64,000 nt of DNA from Leptospiraceae bacterium. Lineage in GTDB: Bacteria > Spirochaetota > Leptospiria > Leptospirales > Leptonemataceae. The notes under the pieces were generated by a model. That model had not been told where the DNA came from, made no database searches, and saw only the letters and a program-made list of their open reading frames with translations. Made by a program: the position numbers and the translations under genes. Below, piece by piece: positions 8,401-17,627 of the stretch (its first letter is position 1; each line of letters opens with the position of its first letter). The stretch spans positions 384,001-448,000 of the forward strand of contig JAVJNR010000005.1 of assembly GCA_040217195.1 (NCBI GenBank), in the 5' to 3' direction.

Positions 8401-10859
8401 AAAGATTCAATGCCCGGGATTTAAGGGGTCGGGTTAACTACTATTATCTATCTTCCATTCATTGCTGGACGGAATCCGTTCAAAGTAGAATCCCCCTCTA
8501 TGAACGAGCAACGGATCAATGCCTGGAAACTGGAGATCTTCCTTTCGCAGGACTTTGCATCCTGGAGATGCTTTCCCAGAGAGTCTTGCTATGCAATGAA
8601 CCACTGGATAAACTGGAGGCACTTCTGGAAAGCCATCAGATTCAGGTGGTACGCGCCGGGCAATCCATCCAGGAGCTCTTTGGATTGGTAAGGCAGGGAT
8701 TGCATAGCCTGAAAGGAGCTTCCAGACAGAAGAGTCGACTTCGGGGTGATTATTTCGATGAAAAGAAAGCCCTATCCGCCTGGAAAAGTAGCGGAGCCAA
8801 CCGAAGTCTGTTCTATTTAAGTCTTTATCGCAAATGGCTGGGAGTATTGTTTTTCCATGAGACTTCCAGTGCCCCGGAAGTTTCCGGAAGTGAAGCCCCT
8901 CTTTCCCATTTTGATGCACTATTCCATCAGTACCTGGATGCCATCCAGGCATTGAATACAAAAGGCTCCTCCCGCCCTGAGATCAGCGGACTACTGGAAA
9001 GACTGGCAAATCTGGAACAAAGTTGTCCGGCCAATTTTGCTCCTCTTCGCGCACATCTGGAAGCGGAGGCTTCCTGGAAAAACAACCAGATTCCAGATGC
9101 CATGACAGCATTCGATCGTGCCTGCCAGTGGAGTAATAAATCCGGTCCGGCTATTCTGGCAGGCCTTATCCATGAAAGAGCGGCTCATTTTTATCTTGAG
9201 CTTAAGAAACCAGTCTTTGCATCCATCTATGCGAATAAGGCTCTGAATATCTACCGGAAATTGAAATCCCATGCCCAGATAGAACAGGCAGAACGTCTGC
9301 TGGACGATGTGCGATTGATGCATGAAGGAATCATTCGTGCAGAGAATTTCGCAGAGGAGCCTCTGGAGCAGAGTACGAATTTGTCTGGCCTCAAAGAATC
9401 CGATTCCAGACCGGGCAATGAGTTCAGTGTAACGTCCACGGAAAGCGGTTCCGAACTTGATCTGGAATCTGTAATGAGAACTGCTGCAATTGTATCTTCA
9501 GAAATCGATCTGGATCAACTTCTGCGAAAATTGTTGCAGAGTCTTATGGAGAGTGCCGGTGCCAGAAAAGTAATACTTCTGGAGAAATCGGGCAGCGGAT
9601 ATCAAATAAGAGCTTTTCAGGACGGCGAAAATGCGCCGGAAATCAATACTCTTCGTCAACCAGATCCTCAGAATGATTTCCCTGAATCCCTGGTTCGTTT
9701 CTGCGAAAGAATCCTGAAACCCACATCGCTGGACGATGCGGCCCTGAGCGGAAACTTCACGGAAGACCCCTACATACAGGCCCGAAAAATTTCTTCGGTG
9801 CTGTGCATTCCTGTTCTTCTAAAAGGGGAGGTATCTTCATTGATCTATCTGGAGCATGCTACTACCCGAGGAGCCTTTCCGACCCATCGAGTTCGAGTCT
9901 TGAATCTTCTCGGTGCGCAGATTGCAACATCACTTGAGAATGCTCGACTCTACGAAGATGTGAAAAATGCGCTGCAACAGGAGCAACGCGCCCGAAAGTC
10001 CGAGGAACAAATCAATACCGTAATTCGTCGATTTGTTCCAGATGAATTTCTAAAAATCCTGGGTGTGGAGAATTTCACAGAAATCAGACTGGGCGATAAT
10101 ATCGAAAGGGACATGACCGTTCTGTTTTCAGATATTCGCGCTTTCACCTCTTTGTCTGAATCCATGTCTCCGGAGGAAACATTTCGTTTTATTAATAGTT
10201 ATTTATCCAGGATTGGACCTATAGTTAGAGAAAGCGGAGGATTCATCGATAAATATATTGGCGATGCAGTTATGGCTCTGTTCGAAGAGCCGGACCAGGC
10301 CATTCGAGCAGCCAGAGCCATGATTCTGCAACTGAAACAATACAATGACGATCGTCAGAAAACCGGATATGATCCCGTTCGAATTGGAATAGGTGTGCAT
10401 ACAGGTCCATTGCGCCTGGGCATTATTGGGGAAGAAGGCAGAATTGAAGGTACGGTGATTGGAGATACTGTAAACCTGGCCAGTAGACTGGAAAGCCTGA
10501 ATACCAGATACGGCACATCCATCATAGTCAGTGATTCTACCCAGGAATTCATGAAGGATTCCTCACTTTTTCATTTTAGAGCCCTGGACCGAGTCCGGGT
10601 CAAAGGTAAGAAAAATGAACTGTGGATTCATGAATTAAGGCTAAATCCCTCCTCTGCAAACAATGAGCGGATTTATGATCAGGCTTTAAAGGCCTATCAG
10701 GCTGGATCTCTGGAGGAATGCAAAGAACACTTTCTAAAACTTAGAGCCAATTCGCCCGATGATCCAGTTATAGAGTTCTACCTCCAGCGGCTAAAGCAGT
10801 TAGAAGAGCAGGGAATTCCGGAACACTGGGAAGGCATTGAAAACCTCACAAAAAAATAA
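5478..10859 (+). CDS. Multidomain Ser/Thr kinase - AAA ATPase - helical/TPR - GAF - class III adenylate cyclase
   Basis: Kinase motifs HRDIKPQN, DYG, GTLLYMAPEQTG, DLYSLG; Walker A GPSGSGKS and Walker B LDDLQWAD; GAF (SVLCIPV..LIYLE..LENARLY); cyclase motifs FSDIRAFT, DKYIGDA, TVIGDTVNLASRLE. Confidence 0.93.
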   Translation: MLDPRSLPGYEYQESIYEGADSLIYRARRSADNSPVIVKTGHARQIDTEFRARLRREYSIGSSLPGDIAPYLDFIETAQGPALVMQETGGIPLNQWQPSSLKEMLDGMLRVALALDTVHEAGIVHRDIKPQNIVLDVKNLHPAIIDYGIASHLSSRNDTALQVGRLEGTLLYMAPEQTGRTNRRVDHRSDLYSLGATFFELIAGNPPYPLRDPLQLIHAHLASDCPAIQKDRDGNFVPAVVSDIIQKLMSRDPDARYQTAMGLAQDLKKCLESIEGKNQISPFPLGRLDFPRGLTIPQKLYGRSRELQQIQQCLGTNSGASLVLVTGPSGSGKSSLIQELRRGIAERNGFFLPGKFEPDKKDIPYHAIAQGLTIIVENLLSRSAESVQQWKDLILERLRGNGQTLLELVPTLSQLLGPQPELLELSPEEERVRFKLTILGFLSAFEDMPLVFVLDDLQWADLASLDLMQDLLLESGSNLTILGTYRDNEVNELHPLSRAMESYRLNGIETQTIQLQPLGPRDLRMLLLDTFRMDPADDQADDVNQLADALYKRSEGNPFIARQYLESVYNRGWIRQDRSNGHWHIELARIRTDGLSVSAAELLALRITELDDLKATIEAAACLGNRFSLQLLSGLMEQDVLLTVKQLQELATRDLVYPLNESYKYVGQESDRQSIEKVQYGFSHDRIHEAVLNQIPASKSEELNLKTARLILRESNFQQIQEKIGTLVAHYNRGRNLVQDDDEKLKIAELNVQAGRRERKASAYDEAIIHFGIAQDTLHQRSKKIPAELRLSILRNLGECEYLNGRKVVAQEHFDQILKDSRSLLEKLKVYEFKIAILSSDGHHAEAVGLGLQALKKAGYSVTTLKEAARNSTIKSRTKSSRKFLDLYRKRRKKEPDPESRLIARIMAQTITPAFLTRSDRLDSLVFSLLDLSEKDGPFPETSVALVLLGILNCEYLQDYTSGMEMGQMAQDLVERFNARDLRGRVNYYYLSSIHCWTESVQSRIPLYERATDQCLETGDLPFAGLCILEMLSQRVLLCNEPLDKLEALLESHQIQVVRAGQSIQELFGLVRQGLHSLKGASRQKSRLRGDYFDEKKALSAWKSSGANRSLFYLSLYRKWLGVLFFHETSSAPEVSGSEAPLSHFDALFHQYLDAIQALNTKGSSRPEISGLLERLANLEQSCPANFAPLRAHLEAEASWKNNQIPDAMTAFDRACQWSNKSGPAILAGLIHERAAHFYLELKKPVFASIYANKALNIYRKLKSHAQIEQAERLLDDVRLMHEGIIRAENFAEEPLEQSTNLSGLKESDSRPGNEFSVTSTESGSELDLESVMRTAAIVSSEIDLDQLLRKLLQSLMESAGARKVILLEKSGSGYQIRAFQDGENAPEINTLRQPDPQNDFPESLVRFCERILKPTSLDDAALSGNFTEDPYIQARKISSVLCIPVLLKGEVSSLIYLEHATTRGAFPTHRVRVLNLLGAQIATSLENARLYEDVKNALQQEQRARKSEEQINTVIRRFVPDEFLKILGVENFTEIRLGDNIERDMTVLFSDIRAFTSLSESMSPEETFRFINSYLSRIGPIVRESGGFIDKYIGDAVMALFEEPDQAIRAARAMILQLKQYNDDRQKTGYDPVRIGIGVHTGPLRLGIIGEEGRIEGTVIGDTVNLASRLESLNTRYGTSIIVSDSTQEFMKDSSLFHFRALDRVRVKGKKNELWIHELRLNPSSANNERIYDQALKAYQAGSLEECKEHFLKLRANSPDDPVIEFYLQRLKQLEEQGIPEHWEGIENLTKK

Positions 10860-13389
10860 AAAGCAGATCTCCATTCTATCCCCTCTGGAACTGGGCCCTA
10901 AAGAACTTGAGGGGCTGTATCGCAAGGTTAAGAAAGGAAAAGGTAAGCTGCTGGTTCTGGCTGTTCTTCCCGACAAGCAGAATCTACCGGCCTATTTGAA
11001 TGAACTGAAAGATCGTATTGCAAAGGCAGGATCTGGACTCCGGATTATCTGGTCCAGGGATGTATCTTCGTCCAGGGCCGGTCTGGTCCGAGCGATTCAG
11101 GAAAGTGAGCAATATCAAAGATCGAAAGATCTGCTGGTTCTGGCACCGGAAGATTGGCACAGAACGGATATTCAGGGTCTGGTGGAAGATCTACGCATTT
11201 TCTCAGGACAAAGCCAGGAGTTCAAACCTTCGAAATTAAGCATTAGACTTAAGCTACTATCCATTACCGGTTTAATCGTATCTCTTGCACTGACTGCAAT
11301 GATTGGAATGGCTTCCTTTCTATTTCGAAATCATAGCGAAACTTTGATCCAGGGATATAACCTTTCCCTTGCTCGCCTGGTGGCTGAATCACTGGAAAAG
11401 GATATTCAGGGCATCGAATACCGAAGCGTTGCTTTGCTGGACCGGCTGAAATCAGAAAAACCCACTCTTAATACGGATCCTCTGGAAGAAAAATTAGCAG
11501 AAGAAGGGACCCCGGACAAATCAGTTCAGGACATGTCTACGCAGGAGTCTGACAAGTCGGCCCGGGAAACCAGCGAATCGCAAATGACAGACGAAGCCTC
11601 TACTGAGGCTTCTGAGACTGAAAAACCGGCCCGGGAAAACGGCGAATCGCAAATGACAGACGAAGCCTCTACTGAGTCTTCTGAGGTTGAACCAGGGATC
11701 CAACCCTCGCCGAGCCAGCAGAAAGAGTCCGGAGAAAAAACGGGCCCTGGCGAAGTCAAAGATGAAAAGGAACCGGAGCAATCTGAGCCTCTGGGTCCCG
11801 GTCATAGAGGCTACGAATCGGCGCAGCGATTCTTCCAAGAAAATGAACGATACCTGTATCTATCTGCCATCCAGGGAGCTGATAAATCCGTAGATGTAAA
11901 TCAGGAACTGTACAACGGTGCATTCCTGCAGCAGTACGATTTAAGACCGGAGCAATTCAGACAGCTGCTGCAAGAATGGCCATCCGCATCCCTTCAGGAA
12001 GGGCCGATTCAAATCAGGAGATTCCAGCTGGGTAACGTCCCATTGCTTGGACTTTCCTTTCCAGGAAAGAAAAATCGTGTAATCTTATATCTGGCTGCCG
12101 ATGACTTCTTCCAGTCCTTTCGTAAGGCACGTCAGGCGGGAATCTTTGAGATACATCTGATTTCCGGAGACGGTACAATTCTAATAAGCTCAGAATCCAG
12201 AGGCAGTGAATCTCTGGTCGGTCATTCAATTATCAAAGAGGTTCTTAATAGCACTGTAAATAATGGTTCGCGAAAGTACACCAATGAGGGAAAGGAGTAT
12301 CTGGCCTCCTTTCAAATGCTGGAAGGGCCGGGGCTGACTGTTCTTTCCCACGCAGAAACTGACCTGGTATTTGAAGCAGTTAGAAGAATTGAAAGACAGA
12401 ACCTCTATTTGATGGGAGCAGTCCTGGCATCAGCATTCCTGCTGGTATTTCTATTCGCACGAACTCTTAGCGTTCCAATCACTCGACTGGCCAGGGCCAC
12501 AGGCGCAGTACGTCAGGGCGACTACACAGTTCGCATCCATCCAACTACCAGAGATGAAATCGGCCAGCTTACCTATTCCTTTCTACAGATGACTCGAGGC
12601 TTGCAGGAACGAGAACACATCAAGGATGCTTTCGGAAAATTCGTCAGCCCTGGAATAGCGGAAAAAGCGTTAAGAGGAGAAATCAAACTTGGTGGAGAGA
12701 AAAGAACCGGTACTGTTTTCTTCTCTGATCTGCGAAACTTCACGGCACTATCTGAGAAAAGTCAACCCGAAGAAGTGGTGGATTTCTTGAATCGATATTT
12801 TACAGTCATGGTGGATTGCATCCAGGCCACCGGCGGAATGGTAGATAAGTTCATTGGCGATGCCATTATGGCCCACTGGGGCACACTGGATCCTTCTCAA
12901 ACGGATACGGCCGATGCTGTACGCGCTGCTTTAATGATGCGACGTGCATTGATTGATCTAAACCGGGAGTTCGAAGCAGAAGGTGCCACCGCCCTTCTAT
13001 CTGGATGCGGTATCAACACCGGTCCGGTCATTGCAGGACAGATTGGATCTGAAAAACGTCTTGAGTATACGGTCATCGGTGATACTGTCAATCTGGCCTC
13101 TAGAATTGAGTACTTGAATAAGCTTTTTGGCACCGATATACTGATTTCCTCCTACAGCATGGAAAGGGTGCGAGATCAGTTTGATGCAATTGAAATGCCG
13201 CCTTTAAGAATCAAAGGAAAAAGCCAGCCAGAAACGGTGTATGCAATCCTGGGAGCCATGGACGATCCGAACCGTCCGCGAAGCCTGGAAGAAGTACGGC
13301 AGATGGTGGGTATTGAATTCAATGAAGATCAGGCGCAGATGGAACTTCAAAGATCCAGTGATCAAATGGTACCAAGAGAGAAGAAGTGA
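10837..13389 (+). CDS. Membrane adenylate cyclase with extracytoplasmic (Cache-like) sensor and HAMP domain
   Basis: Two TM segments, HAMP (PITRLARAT..GDY..TRDEIGQL), cyclase motifs FSDLRNFT, DKFIGDA, EYTVIGDTVNLASRIE. The TTG start is uncertain. Confidence 0.9.
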   Translation: MKTSQKNKKQISILSPLELGPKELEGLYRKVKKGKGKLLVLAVLPDKQNLPAYLNELKDRIAKAGSGLRIIWSRDVSSSRAGLVRAIQESEQYQRSKDLLVLAPEDWHRTDIQGLVEDLRIFSGQSQEFKPSKLSIRLKLLSITGLIVSLALTAMIGMASFLFRNHSETLIQGYNLSLARLVAESLEKDIQGIEYRSVALLDRLKSEKPTLNTDPLEEKLAEEGTPDKSVQDMSTQESDKSARETSESQMTDEASTEASETEKPARENGESQMTDEASTESSEVEPGIQPSPSQQKESGEKTGPGEVKDEKEPEQSEPLGPGHRGYESAQRFFQENERYLYLSAIQGADKSVDVNQELYNGAFLQQYDLRPEQFRQLLQEWPSASLQEGPIQIRRFQLGNVPLLGLSFPGKKNRVILYLAADDFFQSFRKARQAGIFEIHLISGDGTILISSESRGSESLVGHSIIKEVLNSTVNNGSRKYTNEGKEYLASFQMLEGPGLTVLSHAETDLVFEAVRRIERQNLYLMGAVLASAFLLVFLFARTLSVPITRLARATGAVRQGDYTVRIHPTTRDEIGQLTYSFLQMTRGLQEREHIKDAFGKFVSPGIAEKALRGEIKLGGEKRTGTVFFSDLRNFTALSEKSQPEEVVDFLNRYFTVMVDCIQATGGMVDKFIGDAIMAHWGTLDPSQTDTADAVRAALMMRRALIDLNREFEAEGATALLSGCGINTGPVIAGQIGSEKRLEYTVIGDTVNLASRIEYLNKLFGTDILISSYSMERVRDQFDAIEMPPLRIKGKSQPETVYAILGAMDDPNRPRSLEEVRQMVGIEFNEDQAQMELQRSSDQMVPREKK
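11558..11692 (+). repeat. 69-bp imperfect tandem duplication (two 23-aa units) within cyclase periplasmic region
   Basis: CGGCCCGGGAAA..GCGAATCGCAAATGACAGACGAAGCCTCTACTGAG.CTTCTGAG starts at 11558 and again at 11627. Confidence 0.9.
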
Positions 13390-14930
13390 AGGGCCTCCGA
13401 TTAACAGAGTGGATAACCGTATTTCTTCTGCTATTGTTCATTGTCCTTTTTTCAGCACTCTTTTTCTACGAGCAAAATCGATCCAGCGGCGAAGGCTCGG
13501 GCGAAGAGATCGGAGAACTGAATTTTCGTTATAGAATTGCAGAGAGGAAGTTCAGTGATTCGGTTCTCTGGGATCGAATTAATCCAGGGGACAAACTAAA
13601 AAATCAGGACTGGATTCGCACTGATTCTTATTCAGAGGCCGTCCTTCAACTATCGGACGGTTCCAGAGTTGAAATGGGACCAGAAACCATGCTGGTTCTG
13701 GTAGTAAGTGAAGACAAAAAGGAATTCCAGCTGATGCAGGGATCCGTGGAGCTCGACCTCAAAGATGACTATGACCTTCTTGCCAATAACCAGAAGATTG
13801 AAGGTTTGCAGGGAAAATCTCGCATTCGACTTACCGAAGAAAACCTGGAAGTAGAACAGGACGAAACCACTGCCACTCTAAACGGTGAAAGCCTGCCTTC
13901 CTGGAGTATAATTAAGGAAGGCAAGATTAAATCTGCCAGTAGCGAGCTTACTCTGCTTGCACCGGTGGATACCAGAACTGTAATCGATTCTAAAACAGTC
14001 CAGATTACCTTTCGATGGGCAGGAAGCTGTCCCTGCTCTCTATTTATTCAACCGTCCAGTCCAGAGCAGGCTGCCACCTCCATATCTGACATCAAAGAAA
14101 ACCGATATGAGATGGAGCTTCCTCCCGGAATCTATACATGGTTTGTAAGAAACTCCACGGATGAGTCCGCAAGACGGAGCTTTCGTTTGCTGGAAAGCCA
14201 GCCATTAAAAGCCCTCCATCCTCCTTCGGGTTCAGAGCTTTCCATTGCAGGAGAAGCAGGATTGATTCAATTTTCCTGGGAAGCGCCAGGATTCCAACAG
14301 AGCTTTCGAATTGAGATTGCAAACGATGCAAACCTGAGCGCTCCTATATACTCACGGGTAACCGGACGAAGAAATGCAACATTCTCTCTTCAGCCAGGCG
14401 AATACTACTGGCGAATTACTTCCTTAACAGGAGAAACTGAAGCAGAGGATACTTCCCGGGACGTATCTTCTAAAGTGTTAGCATTTAAAGTTAAGCCTCT
14501 GGAAGAAAAAGATGATGCGATAGCCATAAACCTGAAGGTTAAAAGCCCGGAAGAAATTCGAAAAGAAAAGCAAAAACAAAAGAACAATACGGCCTATACC
14601 CCCGCTCCCTGGCAGTATACTACCTATCCTGTCTTTCCGTCTCCCAATTCGGCAGTGGACATGAGCACCAGAGATTCATTGCTCTTTCGATGGACTCCTG
14701 TGGCTGGAGCCACAAAATATTTGTTCCGTTTGTATCGCGATGACTCAATTCTCATTGAAAGATTCGTCCCCAATCCTTATCTTAACTTCAGAGAGTTAAC
14801 ATTGCTGGATACAGCCTGGTTCGAATGGTCGGTGGAACCAATCTTTGGCAATGGACGGTCAGGAAGTGGATTTCAGCATCGCTTCCAGGTTACTTTGAGT
14901 GAGCAGTTAGATAAACCAGAACTTGAGTAA
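13386..14930 (+). CDS. FecR-domain membrane protein with C-terminal Ig/FN3-like beta domains
   Basis: N-terminal TM; FecR-like W..I.PGDKL..QDWIRT..SEAVLQLSDGSRVEMGPET; repeated F.W...YYWR-type beta-sandwich motifs. GTGA overlap with the upstream cyclase. Confidence 0.8.
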   Translation: MKGLRLTEWITVFLLLLFIVLFSALFFYEQNRSSGEGSGEEIGELNFRYRIAERKFSDSVLWDRINPGDKLKNQDWIRTDSYSEAVLQLSDGSRVEMGPETMLVLVVSEDKKEFQLMQGSVELDLKDDYDLLANNQKIEGLQGKSRIRLTEENLEVEQDETTATLNGESLPSWSIIKEGKIKSASSELTLLAPVDTRTVIDSKTVQITFRWAGSCPCSLFIQPSSPEQAATSISDIKENRYEMELPPGIYTWFVRNSTDESARRSFRLLESQPLKALHPPSGSELSIAGEAGLIQFSWEAPGFQQSFRIEIANDANLSAPIYSRVTGRRNATFSLQPGEYYWRITSLTGETEAEDTSRDVSSKVLAFKVKPLEEKDDAIAINLKVKSPEEIRKEKQKQKNNTAYTPAPWQYTTYPVFPSPNSAVDMSTRDSLLFRWTPVAGATKYLFRLYRDDSILIERFVPNPYLNFRELTLLDTAWFEWSVEPIFGNGRSGSGFQHRFQVTLSEQLDKPELE

Positions 14931-14969
14931 TCGATCCGTAAGGCGTATTCAGCGAATGGATAGAGTGGA

Positions 14970-15896
14970 ATGCGCACCAAAACAAAAAATCAAATTACGC
15001 GACGCTGGACATTCAACCGGTGGATCCATGGGATTTCCGGACTTGCTGTAGCATTGTCCCTATTGGTTTTCTCGGCTGAGCTAAATGCAGAAGCAGTGGA
15101 TCTACGCTGGAAACCTGTACAGGGAAGCTCCGGGTATCTCGTAAGAGTTCAAAAGGAAGATGGTTCGACCACAGACACCCGGATTGGAACCAACCGCGCA
15201 CGGCTGGACCTGGATCCTGGAAATTATGTAATTCGAATCGCAGGTTTGAATAAATTTGGAAAGCCAGGGCCATTCTCGGATCCGGCTAAAGTTACTATTG
15301 AGACTTCCAGCGAAACCAGAACCATTCAAATGGAGGATGCACAACAGGAAACTCTCAGAGAGGAAGGGTCTGAAGACCAGCAAGAACCTTCCCAGCCTTA
15401 CGACTACTCCAGGATTACCTATCCCATGGCTTTGATTCCTGGCTGGATTCAGTACAATCGGGATGAACCCTATAAGCTCTATTTGTTCAACGGTTTACTT
15501 CTGGGCCATGCATACGCATTTCATGTGGAGAAGCAAAGAGGAAATGCACTGTCCCGGGAGGTCTGGAACGACCCCACAAACATCCTTCTGGCCGCCAATG
15601 GTGATCGGGCATTCTTAGGCCTTATGTGGTTCAGACGCTCCGCAGAGAATCAAAAGTACGCAAACAGCCAGTTCAATCAGAAAGCACTGGCAACCTCTGC
15701 AGGAATCATCTATATACTTCATTTTGTGGATCTTTATTTCTTTTCCACTCCAGTGAGCCCATCGCAGGCATCGCAAGAGGGATTCTCCCTGGATCTGTTT
15801 GCCATAGATACGTCCCCGCCCCCATTTTCTGAAAAACCTGAAGCTCTCTTCGCCCCGGATATGCAGGCTAGAATCCAATGGAGGATGCATTTCTAA
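14970..15896 (+). CDS. Exported protein with FN3-like N-domain and hydrophobic C-terminal region
   Basis: Signal peptide ending ..LNA-E; FN3-like LRWKPVQGSSGYLVRV..LDPGNYVIRIAGLNKFG; LIPGW.Q motif; C-terminal Phe. Confidence 0.65.
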   Translation: MRTKTKNQITRRWTFNRWIHGISGLAVALSLLVFSAELNAEAVDLRWKPVQGSSGYLVRVQKEDGSTTDTRIGTNRARLDLDPGNYVIRIAGLNKFGKPGPFSDPAKVTIETSSETRTIQMEDAQQETLREEGSEDQQEPSQPYDYSRITYPMALIPGWIQYNRDEPYKLYLFNGLLLGHAYAFHVEKQRGNALSREVWNDPTNILLAANGDRAFLGLMWFRRSAENQKYANSQFNQKALATSAGIIYILHFVDLYFFSTPVSPSQASQEGFSLDLFAIDTSPPPFSEKPEALFAPDMQARIQWRMHF

Positions 15897-16609
15897 TGAA
15901 AAATTCAAAGCAACCCATATTCAGGAAATTCCGGGGCCTCCAGAATCGGTGCAATCGGGCCCTTTCCATCTTTATAATTGGACCAATGCTATTGTTCGGT
16001 CAGTGCTCTGAAGCCTTTCCAGAGATGGATGGCCTGGATGCAGTGCTTCTGAGCAATTCTTTGAAGAAGTATTTATTTGCGACTCAGTCTACATACCCTG
16101 GAACATTAAAACGCACTACTGATGCCAACGGAATTGAAGGCGCAGATGCAATCTGTGCATTTGAAAAATTCACGAACTTCTCACAGCTTCCTGGAGCGGA
16201 CAATGAATACAGGGCACTGCTTGTAAGCGATCATCGTCGGGCATGCACCAGTGCGAATTGTAATTCAGGAGGCAGCTCCGAGCACCTGGACTGGGTACTT
16301 ACTCCCAACACAAGCTATTACAATCCAGACGACCAGTTTCTGTTTACTACGAATTCAAATTCAGTACTGGATCTTTCCACCACGCCTCTGAGCCGGGTGC
16401 TCACAACCACCGTGGCATTCTACTGGACTGGATTCGAATCCACCGGCGACTGGAGAACCAGTACTGTTCCGGAAACCTGCGGCAACTGGAACACTGGGGG
16501 CACTGGAATGAGAGGAGATGCTAGCACCACAGGACCTACAGCGCTGGGAGACTTTGGACAGGACTCGCTATGCGGCACAGCCCATGCCCTCATCTGTGTT
16601 CGACGCTAA
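15896..16609 (+). CDS. Leptospiral endostatin-like (Len / DUF1554) putative lipoprotein
   Basis: GIEGADAIC, YRALLVS..RRAC, DWVLTPNTSYY, YWTG, TCGNW and LICV. The ATG at 15896 overlaps the upstream TAA and has GGAGG upstream. Hydrophobic stretch ends in Cys. Confidence 0.85.
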   Translation: MKNSKQPIFRKFRGLQNRCNRALSIFIIGPMLLFGQCSEAFPEMDGLDAVLLSNSLKKYLFATQSTYPGTLKRTTDANGIEGADAICAFEKFTNFSQLPGADNEYRALLVSDHRRACTSANCNSGGSSEHLDWVLTPNTSYYNPDDQFLFTTNSNSVLDLSTTPLSRVLTTTVAFYWTGFESTGDWRTSTVPETCGNWNTGGTGMRGDASTTGPTALGDFGQDSLCGTAHALICVRR

Positions 16610-16916
16610 CCAATAGATACGATAGATACGATGGAATGTGCTTTTCAAGCAGAACCATTCCATCCGGGGAACACTATCTGGCATCTTTGGATAATTTAGA
16701 ATTAGCAGGTCATCCGCTACAGCACTAAACCTGCTACATAGTAGCGTCAGCACCTACAAAAAAGGCAAGGAATCCGCAGTTCGAACTGTTTTCCCCGACA
16801 TCGGCAGCCAGACAGTAACTTTTTGACGGATTGGATTTCTGACGGACTGAAATTTTGAAGCCCGGACAGTATAATTCAATACCTGCCAGGGCTCACTCAT
16901 ACTTAAGCGTTGCCGA

Positions 16917-17627
16917 TCAAGGCTCAACAAGACCGGACCGTATTGCAAACTTCACCAGTTCCGTTCCAGAATGCATTTCCAGTTTTCGCATAATATTCTG
17001 ACGATGCACTTTGACTGTTGTTGGCGCTATGTGCAACTTTCGCGCAATTTCATCTCTGGAGGTGCCTTCTGCAATCAATTTCAGGATTTCTCGCTCACGA
17101 GGCGATAGCACCTGATACAGGGAATGCTTATCGCTGTCATTTTCAGAGCTTCCTCGTTCTCCTGCAGGTTCGGAGACTACTTTGCCTCCGCCGGCCAGGG
17201 TCTTAACTCGATGAATGAGCCTGCTATTAATTCTTGGACTTAGAAAATGCTGACCGGCAACCACAGCTTCCAGGGATCTAAGTAAATCCTCGCCAGCATC
17301 ATCTTTTAGAACATAGCCTTCTACGCCCATGTCCAGCATCTGATCGATATATTCTTCATCATCATGACGACTGAGAAATACTACCTTCACTCCAGGGTGA
17401 TAGCGCTTCAAACGTCGTGCTATCTCAATGCCTGATAGTCCCGGAATGGATATATCCAGCACGGCAACATCTGGCGGTTCACGATCCAGTTCTTCCCAGG
17501 CGGCACGACCATCGCCGGCTTCCCCGGCCACACAGAAGCCATCGCTTTCGGCCAGTATGAGTTTCAGCCCTTCCCGAAGGATTCTGTGATCATCTGCCAG
17601 ATATACTTTTAGTTTAGTTTCACTCAT
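16917..17627 (-). CDS. NarL/LuxR-family response regulator
   Basis: LADDH, LDISIPGLSG, GYVLK, LSPREREILKLIAEG..EIA..L..TVKVHRQNIMRKL. Confidence 0.95.
   Translation of the reverse strand: MSETKLKVYLADDHRILREGLKLILAESDGFCVAGEAGDGRAAWEELDREPPDVAVLDISIPGLSGIEIARRLKRYHPGVKVVFLSRHDDEEYIDQMLDMGVEGYVLKDDAGEDLLRSLEAVVAGQHFLSPRINSRLIHRVKTLAGGGKVVSEPAGERGSSENDSDKHSLYQVLSPREREILKLIAEGTSRDEIARKLHIAPTTVKVHRQNIMRKLEMHSGTELVKFAIRSGLVEP

Noticed and set aside
10837..10859. Possible frameshift fusion of the two cyclases at the A7 run before TAA
   Set aside because: The upstream protein ends at a natural family terminus (same as the 72-aa homologue), the required shift is +1, and A7 is short for slippage.
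16613..16632. ATAGATACG tandem duplication after the Len gene
   Set aside because: Only two short copies; no support for function.
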